From an uncultured Bacillota bacterium (GTDB lineage Bacteria; Bacillota; Clostridia; Christensenellales; UBA1242), in the NCBI GenBank assembly GCA_900544595.1, contig UQVQ01000005.1, positions 7,440 to 71,439 of the forward strand: 64,000 nucleotides of DNA, in the 5' to 3' direction. Positions 57,701 to 64,000 of this stretch are shown in pieces. The number at the start of each line of letters is the position of its first letter. The first letter of the stretch is position 1. A program made the translations under genes and the position numbers. The notes under the pieces are model-generated. The model was not told the origin of the DNA. It saw only the letters and a program-made list of their open reading frames with translations, and made no database searches.

Positions 57701-60700
57701 GAATTGGATTTTGATGTGTTATTGCTTTTCTATGACATTTATTACGCACAAATGTTAAATGGTTCAATTGGCAACTTTGCATACACCTTAAAAGTTGTTG
57801 AAGCAACTTTCAAAGAGTTAAATATGCCTTCAACTCTTGAAGAGTTCCAAAGTGCAGGTTGGGACATTGCAAACGAAGATGAGGATTCAAACAGTACATG
57901 GACATTTAAAGACGGCGAACTTCCTCTTTTAAGAAACAAGAAATTAACACAAAGAATTTCAAGTTATGGCCTTGCATTCAAAGAAAATAATAAACTGTTT
58001 AGGTCGAAAATTGATGGCGCAGGAAATATGAACCTTCTTCTTTTCAACTACAGCGTTCTTGGCGAATTGACAGCCGAGCAAGAAGCAAAACTCCACGATT
58101 TAAACTCTCTTAACATAAGCGATGTTTTCTCGTTTAAAAACATCAACGGGGAAGAAGTTGAAGGAGAAGTAGGGCAATTTATTATAAGCAGCAATAACAA
58201 GAGTGTTATTCAAATTATTGGTGGCAAAATTCAAATTGTTGGAACAGGAGAGGCAACTTTAACAATTTCGCCTTTATATAAGTCATTCGACATATCAGGT
58301 GAAAGTCTTGAAAAGAAAATTACAGTTTATGTTGTTAATCCAATTGGAAATGTTCAAATTTTCCAAGGAGTTAGCGAAAAAACAAATCCGATCAATAATG
58401 AAACAATATTTATATATAAAAATGAATTAAATTATATAACTATTTCAGAAAAAACAACAATTTCTCTTGCTAACACAGTTTTCAATTTTATTAGAAATGC
58501 AATGGCATATGACATTGGAAGAGATGAGGTTTTTGAAATTTTAGGATTGACGGCTGGGGCAGACGAAGGAAGATTTGCGGAGGGAACTTTAACAATTAAA
58601 CCTGGCGATGGCGCTATAATTACTGATCCTTATGAGTTTATTGTTAAAACGCTTTTGCAAACGCAAAACCAAAACTTTAAAAACGTTTCCGATCTTACAA
58701 CTTTTATTAAAAGTGTTAATGAGATTTTGGAGCAATATAGCGAAAATTTCTTTGCAAATGTTTCAATTAAAGCCGACAGAATTTTAATTTCAATTAAAGA
58801 AGCAGAAATGGACCCTTCAAGCGTTGTTTCTGTTGATTCCGAACTTCAAACCTCAAACGAGGAAGATGAACTTCTTATTGTTCTTCGCGATGAAAACGGA
58901 AATGTTATTTGGGTTTCAAAAGACATTAAAATTGGTGATGTTGAATATAAAGTTCAAAATAACAGCAACATTTTTGAAATAATATCAAACAGCAGCGCAT
59001 ATCAAGACGGGAAAATTGTTAACAAAACTTTAATTAGCATTCGCGAAGATGTTCGAAACACAATTGTTAAAACAAGCACCTACACAGTTACATTCAGCGA
59101 CAGCGGCTTGGAAAAAACAAGCACATTAGTGTTAAAACTTAAACCACAAGAGATTTTGAATGTAACCTATGTTCATAACAATCGAACAGAAGACTCAACC
59201 GAAAACGGAATTAAAATTCAAGACGAACCAAGTTCAGTTTTGATGCCTGGCGACAGCGGACTTTTAACAATTGGACTTTATCCAACCTATGCAAATTTCA
59301 GCCGAATTGTTTTAACAAGCGACTTGGTTGACGGGCAAAACTATATTTTGCTTGAACAAATGTATAAATCGGGGCAATACTACCTTCCTGTTTCTTCAAC
59401 AACAGGCTATTTGAGCGTTAGAGATGGAAATGTTTTAACAATAACAAAACCTTCCGACCCAGCGCTTGTTGAAAACGGAAACATCTATGTTCGAACAAAG
59501 ATGCTTGAAACAGTTAACGAAGGACTCTATTTCCCAATTAACATAACAATTTATGCGCTCGACGAAAACGGAAACGAATACGTTGCAAAATCGGAAACAA
59601 TAACTCTTCTTTCCGAAACAATTGACGGCGCGCAAATAACAATTAACGGCGGAAAAGACGCAACTCTTGCAAGAGGAAACACCTATCCAATTAGAATTAG
59701 TGTTAACCAAAGTCAAACACTTTCTAGGTTCTATCTTTCAAATCTTGAAGGAGATTCACAAAATGTTAACGATTTTGTTGCTCTATACTTTAACACTGCG
59801 GAATATGAAATTGAAAACAACAGAAAGGTTTATAGCGGAACAATAACAATTGGCCTTGATGCTGAACTTAAAGGCGATGGAGTTTTCAATGTTCAAACAG
59901 TTGTTAGCAAGATGATTAACGGAAAACTTGAATCAACAACCGATTCTGTTGAAATTCGCGTTGTGGATTTTCTTGTTGAAGGAATTAAAATTAAAGGCAA
60001 TGCCGACGACGACAATGTTTTCAACACCCCAGCAGCAATTGAAAAAGACTTGAATTTTGAGTTCATTTTCTCAAAAACACCAGAAAAAACAAGTTCAGAG
60101 CAAGAATCTTCGTTTGAAAGAATTGAAAACGGCAAGAAAGAGTTTGTTAATTCTGTTTCTTTCAAACAATTCTTTAAAAATGAGTTTGAAGGAAAAGAAA
60201 AGAACTATCAATATGTTATTAACACTGATAGAGATTTCAAAGTTAACTCAGGCCATCCAACTCACGTTTCAACAACAAATTGCAGCATCGCTTATGATTT
60301 GTATTTCACAAGCGATATGACCCCATACATTAACTCAATTACGGGAGAAACACAAGAAAACCAATATTTCAGCATTAAATATAATGGAGATAAAAATTCA
60401 ACCAATATTGATGCAACAACACTTAAAATAACAGGGAAATCTGTTGGCGGCGTTAATATGACAATTAAAATTGGCTATCGCGTTCCTGGATTAGATTATG
60501 ACCAATATATTACTTATAACTTTGTTGTTAATGTTCAAGTTTATTCCGACGAAGATAAACCAACTCCAATTGAAAATGCAGAACAATTTGTTGAATATTT
60601 AACATCAGGCGGAAATCAATATGCTTCAACAAACTTTATTTTAATGAATGATATTGTCCTTGAAAATTTCACACCTTTTGAAACAACAAATTTTGCAAGT

Positions 60701-63700
60701 TTAGACGGAAATAATAAAGTTATAACAATTAAAAACTTTAACATTCCAACAGGAAACAGCGTTAACCTTGGACTTTTTGTTGCTGTTGCAAATAATTCAA
60801 CCGTTAAAAACCTTGTTGTTAACTATGGACAACTTGCCGATATCATTGTTCCAACTTCTGTAACAAATTTCAACTTTGGCGGGCTTGCAATAACAAACAG
60901 CGGAACAATCTATAACTGTGAAGTTGTTTCTCTCGACCTTGAAAGCGAGGAAAATTCACCTTCGGCAAATGCAGGAATAAGAATTTACTTCGGCTCGGAA
61001 GGCAAACAAAAAGCAGATAATGTTTCCTCTCAAATTGCAGGGTTTGTTGTTAACAATAATTCAAGCATAACAAACAGTCGTGTTGGAGCAAAAACAATCT
61101 TCCGCGAAAACGGAGTTGCGGTTGTTGAAGGCTTCAAACATATTTCATATGTTGACGATAAAGTTGTAACAGAAGTGTTTAACTATGGCGCGTTCAACAT
61201 TATTGGGCAAGGCAATATGTCTGGCTTTGTTATAACAAACAACGGCGTTATTGCTGCGTCCTATTTCGCAAACGGAAAAATAGTTAACCAAACAACCTCT
61301 GGTTCGCTTAGCGAAACAGCAGGATTTGTTGTTGTAAACAATATGGAAGGAACAATATTTGGTTCGTTCGTTGAAGGAATTAAACTCGATTCCGACACAA
61401 GCGTTAACATAACAGGCGGAGGAATTGTTGCGCAAGGAATTAGCGCTGGGTTCGCATATGAAAACTATGGCTCAATTTCCGATTGCTACACAAACATTCG
61501 CCTTGCAGGAGAAAGCACGGGAAGAATTGTTTCTGGATTTGTTTATAACAACCACACAAGCGGAAAAGTTGCAAGATGCTACAGCGCATCAACAATTGTT
61601 GGGCAGCTTACAACTCAAATGCCATTCTCGGGCAAAAACGCGCGCGACGAAATTATGCAAAACGCAGAAGAAGGGCTTGTTAACTGTTACTATCTTGTTA
61701 AGAAACAAGACACCGAATCTGTTTTGGAAGAAAAATATAATACGGGAGCAATTGCTCTTCAAATTTCAACCTTAAGAAGCGACACTTTCTATGGCTTAAC
61801 TTTAACAACCAAGAAAAACGGAAACGACGGAGTTTGGGCTTGGGACGGGCTTTTGCCACAACTTGTTAGCGCAAATCAAAAGGCAATTTCGGTTAGAAGA
61901 GTTATTAAAAACTATAGCAGTTTAGTTTCTGGCGGTTCTTCAATTGAAAACATCAATATTTATCCATACATTCCAGGATATGAATATGGAAGTCAAGCAA
62001 ATCCAATCATAATTCGCTCTGCCGATGAATTTAATAGAGTTTTTGGACAAGAAACGGGGCTTGTTAAGAACGCATACTACGCGATAAGCCAAATGTATAA
62101 CAAAGAGATAGGAATTGTTTTTGGAAGTTATCGTCTTGTTGCGTCAATTGACTTCGACAGTTTAACTTACGTTGAAAATGTTAAAATTTCATCTTCAATC
62201 ATGGATTTGGCAAGAAACGGAAGCGTAAACTTTGGAACTTTCGACGGAAATGCATTAACAATTGCGAATGTTGAAGTTTCGCTTGATAACCAAAGTTCTG
62301 TTGGCTTGTTCTCAAGAATAACTGGCGGCGGTGTTTTCAAAAATGCAACTTTAACTGTTAAGAGCGTAACAACGGGGCAAAATGGAATTTATGCTGGCGC
62401 TGTTGCAGGATATGTTTCAAATTCGTCGCTTGCTAACATAACTGTTGAACCTGTTACGGCAACAGGCGAAGGCCGTTCAAAAATTTCCGGACAGAACATT
62501 GTTGGGGGCGTTGTTGGAGCAGTTGTTGGGAACAGCACAGTTTCAAATCTTGTTTCTTCAATTTCAGTTATTTCGGGAAATGCACAAGCGAAGAGAGATT
62601 TAAACAACTACATACTCAATGTTTTAAGAAGCAGCGCAACTGTTGTTAACGGTGTTTTAACCGATAGGAACAGAGAATATAGTTTTGCTGGCGGTGTTAT
62701 TGGTCTTTTGGATATTTATGAAGACCTTAACGACCAAAGCGTTGTTTCATCTTTACCAAACGCAAAACAATTAACTTTCATTGGAAACGAAGTTTCTGTT
62801 CAAGGAAGCATTGTTGGCGGCGTTGTTGGATATAACGGCGCAAGCACATATCTTGTTGATTCAGCTTTTGTTTTAAAGGGGAGCGAAGATTCTCTTAACC
62901 AAAGATTGATCACATATGAAAACACAATTGGGGGCGTTGTTGGTGTTAACAAAGGCGATCTTTTCGAACTTAGAATTGAGCACGATAACTCAATTCAAAA
63001 GAAAATTGAAGATAACCTTCAAGGCTACTATAACAACGAAAGCGAAATCTTCCGCGGAAACACAAAACTTTTCAACAGCATTGGAACAGGCACTAACATA
63101 TATGCTGGCGGACTTGTTGGACAAATGCTTGGTGGAAACATAACCGTTTCCTACAGCCGCGTTGATGTTGCATTAAACAAGGCAATTGCGGGCGGTGTTA
63201 TTGGCTTTACCAACACCAGATTAGATTTAATTGAAATCTATGCTTTCGGCGATGTTGACGGAGAAATTGCAGGCGGAATTATCGGCCGCGCAAATGCTGC
63301 TGTAAGTTTCGAACGTTGCGTTGCAATCAACTTCATTTCAAAAACCAATTCACATTTAATTGGTGCAATTAACGCAGCAAACAGCGGAACAACTCCTCAA
63401 CAAGGAACGGATGGCGCTTGGACAATTGAAAACGACGGTGTAACATACAACGTTCAACTCGACTCAACGGGGAAAATTGTTGCAATTGAGATGAATGGAT
63501 TTGGAACTTTAATTGGAGATCAGAAAAATTCCTACATAATTTCCGAGGAAGTTTATGCAAACGATTTCATAACCTACAAGCAGCTTCAAGTTAAATTCAA
63601 TAAAGGCGAGAAAGAGGAAAAATCCTTAGCGCCAGACGGGTTAACTCTCGACGGAGGATTAAGCTCCTATCGTGGCTATGACTACGATGCTTCGGTCATT

Positions 63701-64000
63701 AACAAAATGTTCCTTGGCGCAGACTGGGATGCAAGCCTTTGGGAACTTAAAGACGGAAGAATTTTCCCATCGTTCAGTTATGGTGTTTCAACAAAAACAA
63801 TTTACATTGAAAAACCAAAAGACATTCTTAAATTAAAGAAATATTATAAGGGCGATAACATCGTTATCTTTGGCGACGACCCAACAACCTCGTTCAATCC
63901 ATATGAATATAACCCAGCCGACAAAAACACTTGGGGAACTTTCACGGCAAGCGAACTTGCTGGACTTTCAATTGACAAACAAAAAAGAAAACTCATTTTC
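51713..64000 (+). CDS. Giant cell-surface lipoprotein, 3'-truncated by the window edge (4096 codons visible and still open). It has Ig-like (Big_2-like) domains and two blocks of GLUG-motif repeats.
   Basis: It is not in the ORF track. The ATG at 51713 follows GGAGGA, and an in-frame TAA lies at 51659-51661. I translated 51713-57120 and 60542-60840 by hand and found no stop. The track lists no frame-2 ORF anywhere from 51.7 to 64 kb, which is what an unterminated frame predicts. The N-terminus MRKFLGIVCSLVLILVAGVTFAAC carries a lipobox. Repeated GG(L/I)(V/A)G.N.G.I.N(C)Y units are present. Confidence 0.9.
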   Translation, partial: MRKFLGIVCSLVLILVAGVTFAACGKQDAKVSISASELEVELVIGTEKQSKDVEFLVENFGNGSGQVNFSVEENEKNIVSLESSYLNNGKTKLTVTGLKRGTARIVATSLQGSTKVVLTVKVVQPITGLKLKNEYVNKLYAITGESLNLAQEEIWNFMPSETNQRDLVFSIIGNSQGCEIQDGKLVVANNCALSSVTIRATSAFNSEISAEFEVKILNPIEVVMQIDGKRVVEKVENSSQILNFIEIFPRELDGSIYPNSKEVVLAVKAGSEAETLNIDKVFFSTEEKFSVQQTAYSYDAASKIHIYKFLIQANSNDAGKIDAVSFKVSYEGFKAGQDDYSVSSVKLNLSSYNKPISVEVNGESGTTEIDVFENSINFSNGKLIEISLLPGNIKPSENTITIWAEDFSNLPISLYKLNATRTGYVCVFGFDQKGNAVGAVQNGIRYATISSGTKLYAFINSNYNSLVGTNKAAKMYAQATDFCKFTVDSTSRALTTMNFVINPNAKSISLAEMNDENILTRVESTTIFVEIGKKVTKYIAIDPNTFTIGSNSVIKIANSKIATIGQLVEFASDENYTYGKFEIEATRVGSSTLTVVLSDGKTKEFKIVVVSPLEKLDMNLEDITFGGTVIESDIVPYKNITDTEVVVGENNAFVALNKLSIANSGGSGIQLIKTPTPSTAQYYLSYKFADFTMPEGETLQTLTLSKVKDSLGEENFENVWNDSSDIINTSRLSNLSIIEAKNSGAEGNVLVKVAVYAMNSNGEYGDEPVGYFYYLINFFVPVKGLSLNNGTLELYTYNTIGDKFVDKNGINKSIGSFSVTVNPVNQGLTPTYLNSLEVYVNGRTRLTNDLFEQNENVILLSKGGTIVSSLENTALKIVRTKVNNTFTFQIQAFSGEGTYIFALVLSEINEAKRFTAISRVVVSEAVEISDIDVVNASEKDPIQFNNIIKTSESGEQDEMEAVNNPFELELIYNIYGPSGKEITNSSLEFELSWKTLAAGESFVDENGNRVNFASISNGKIKILRAAYDYSDFYNLSEEEREGKDKEEYKKFVVFGGEGSLRIYPTSNYFLSTSGWNGESPIVEIPIFVSDGTNIAFYITKADDLNLLGQYPNSSFELRTNIAGEPQNYIPVEKFSGKLFGANGSSYYILTAKPLFKQLTSEAVVENFYYANVTSGFSSEDCLSIKEMLELRSTVDGTTYYGGLANINEGTIRNISGALSIATEDDPLVIGLAAATTTIANKATDLLDMSLSVLTVNKNNAINQKGLFDSASQFIAGELVKYTGGLVGLNKGVIEGKDGLYYTGSVMGANAGGIAGVNDGIIRNYEFYGCVYGAETAGGIVALNSGNITNCNVLTLSLFNIAVYTLNKKAYDYSKTTIDFAVGGIAAISNGGTIFRSKVEASSNSDFNLGGFGGIIDVEKVDKEIYRTINGKAIGKGNVTATYYLDQNTFKFNDIEYAIDDLSNPTKLTYTLNNENKEIAIVENRFTIGNASFQISGTDIYASADFATKTIYGGGLVGILGKDASLKECIFNGSISVNNIVSGGFVGKLPANKGNANSRVQDCYAIARYEETSENNSTINGQFIGIGELSEIKNSYVVSNGTFGYAGQGTGTLVSSYLKRQNVDYTPLLNINDVFNKNSSFGSGSSSYDTIDLKYGLTLGSFVNMSWYNLYQTGYLSYATAINGTDVTLTVTVKMGVGEEGTAEFEKNFTFNLKTNTSQGNITSETFTFRGINYNIVIEDDSSYCNLIVRANNTEIMNIQEGTTSSGKVQVSKTEAKIVENLVFRSNEIIDKLKDATNTAYFRFVFEETLEQEGQVYTITPSVSVLDILYAKYYYIWVYNNFDALYANKDFISAIGGEGGITFEKFVGNIFGISETLTVSELKERIKTIVEGTILPQFVSGFETLKEDVANYRTKFGTAKTAFVKFIRDYYPEKLTDVENEFSLAETLLEQGSAMLNIESATLENVSTIKSCLDLILSSISKTVNAFFENVPENGEHELDFDVLLLFYDIYYAQMLNGSIGNFAYTLKVVEATFKELNMPSTLEEFQSAGWDIANEDEDSNSTWTFKDGELPLLRNKKLTQRISSYGLAFKENNKLFRSKIDGAGNMNLLLFNYSVLGELTAEQEAKLHDLNSLNISDVFSFKNINGEEVEGEVGQFIISSNNKSVIQIIGGKIQIVGTGEATLTISPLYKSFDISGESLEKKITVYVVNPIGNVQIFQGVSEKTNPINNETIFIYKNELNYITISEKTTISLANTVFNFIRNAMAYDIGRDEVFEILGLTAGADEGRFAEGTLTIKPGDGAIITDPYEFIVKTLLQTQNQNFKNVSDLTTFIKSVNEILEQYSENFFANVSIKADRILISIKEAEMDPSSVVSVDSELQTSNEEDELLIVLRDENGNVIWVSKDIKIGDVEYKVQNNSNIFEIISNSSAYQDGKIVNKTLISIREDVRNTIVKTSTYTVTFSDSGLEKTSTLVLKLKPQEILNVTYVHNNRTEDSTENGIKIQDEPSSVLMPGDSGLLTIGLYPTYANFSRIVLTSDLVDGQNYILLEQMYKSGQYYLPVSSTTGYLSVRDGNVLTITKPSDPALVENGNIYVRTKMLETVNEGLYFPINITIYALDENGNEYVAKSETITLLSETIDGAQITINGGKDATLARGNTYPIRISVNQSQTLSRFYLSNLEGDSQNVNDFVALYFNTAEYEIENNRKVYSGTITIGLDAELKGDGVFNVQTVVSKMINGKLESTTDSVEIRVVDFLVEGIKIKGNADDDNVFNTPAAIEKDLNFEFIFSKTPEKTSSEQESSFERIENGKKEFVNSVSFKQFFKNEFEGKEKNYQYVINTDRDFKVNSGHPTHVSTTNCSIAYDLYFTSDMTPYINSITGETQENQYFSIKYNGDKNSTNIDATTLKITGKSVGGVNMTIKIGYRVPGLDYDQYITYNFVVNVQVYSDEDKPTPIENAEQFVEYLTSGGNQYASTNFILMNDIVLENFTPFETTNFASLDGNNKVITIKNFNIPTGNSVNLGLFVAVANNSTVKNLVVNYGQLADIIVPTSVTNFNFGGLAITNSGTIYNCEVVSLDLESEENSPSANAGIRIYFGSEGKQKADNVSSQIAGFVVNNNSSITNSRVGAKTIFRENGVAVVEGFKHISYVDDKVVTEVFNYGAFNIIGQGNMSGFVITNNGVIAASYFANGKIVNQTTSGSLSETAGFVVVNNMEGTIFGSFVEGIKLDSDTSVNITGGGIVAQGISAGFAYENYGSISDCYTNIRLAGESTGRIVSGFVYNNHTSGKVARCYSASTIVGQLTTQMPFSGKNARDEIMQNAEEGLVNCYYLVKKQDTESVLEEKYNTGAIALQISTLRSDTFYGLTLTTKKNGNDGVWAWDGLLPQLVSANQKAISVRRVIKNYSSLVSGGSSIENINIYPYIPGYEYGSQANPIIIRSADEFNRVFGQETGLVKNAYYAISQMYNKEIGIVFGSYRLVASIDFDSLTYVENVKISSSIMDLARNGSVNFGTFDGNALTIANVEVSLDNQSSVGLFSRITGGGVFKNATLTVKSVTTGQNGIYAGAVAGYVSNSSLANITVEPVTATGEGRSKISGQNIVGGVVGAVVGNSTVSNLVSSISVISGNAQAKRDLNNYILNVLRSSATVVNGVLTDRNREYSFAGGVIGLLDIYEDLNDQSVVSSLPNAKQLTFIGNEVSVQGSIVGGVVGYNGASTYLVDSAFVLKGSEDSLNQRLITYENTIGGVVGVNKGDLFELRIEHDNSIQKKIEDNLQGYYNNESEIFRGNTKLFNSIGTGTNIYAGGLVGQMLGGNITVSYSRVDVALNKAIAGGVIGFTNTRLDLIEIYAFGDVDGEIAGGIIGRANAAVSFERCVAINFISKTNSHLIGAINAANSGTTPQQGTDGAWTIENDGVTYNVQLDSTGKIVAIEMNGFGTLIGDQKNSYIISEEVYANDFITYKQLQVKFNKGEKEEKSLAPDGLTLDGGLSSYRGYDYDASVINKMFLGADWDASLWELKDGRIFPSFSYGVSTKTIYIEKPKDILKLKKYYKGDNIVIFGDDPTTSFNPYEYNPADKNTWGTFTASELAGLSIDKQKRKLIF

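Noticed and set aside
52252-63560. Short ORFs listed by the track between 52 and 64 kb on both strands
   Set aside because: All lie in frames other than the uninterrupted giant ORF frame, or on its antisense strand. They are by-products of that coding region.

Overview
The window is an AT-rich chromosomal segment that uses the standard genetic code (TGA is used as a stop). It comes from an endospore-forming low-GC Firmicute, probably Clostridia-like. The core genes are recognisable and syntenic in blocks. These are rpmG-secE-nusG-rplK-rplA, secA with an MBL-fold hydrolase, and glmS. There is also a gerA-type germinant receptor operon, spoIIR/sleB/ypeB, a GT28+GT4 glycolipid glycosyltransferase pair, valS, cca, gyrB-(GNAT)-gyrA, a TtcA-like PP-loop ATPase and one tRNA-Arg(ACG).

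The main structural point is that both ends of the window lie inside giant surface-protein genes that the ORF track shows only partly or not at all. The left gene is open from base 2 to 6253, so the track's start at 551 is an artefact. The right gene is a lipoprotein ORF that starts at 51713 and is still open at base 64000: 4096 codons with no stop, and it is absent from the track. Together they cover about 29% of the window.

Between the housekeeping blocks are several orphan genes. These include a 905-aa polytopic membrane/coiled-coil protein, a double zinc-ribbon protein with a roughly 90-aa polyacidic tail, and a 692-aa protein with a central TM hairpin. There is also a lipoprotein with exact 90-bp His/Trp/Cys tandem repeats and a DUF11-like cluster.

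I found no CRISPR array, transposase, integrase, prophage or recognisable defence system. All functional calls rest on motif recognition by eye, and no database search was possible. Many start codons were moved relative to the ORF track on the basis of RBS and signal-peptide evidence.
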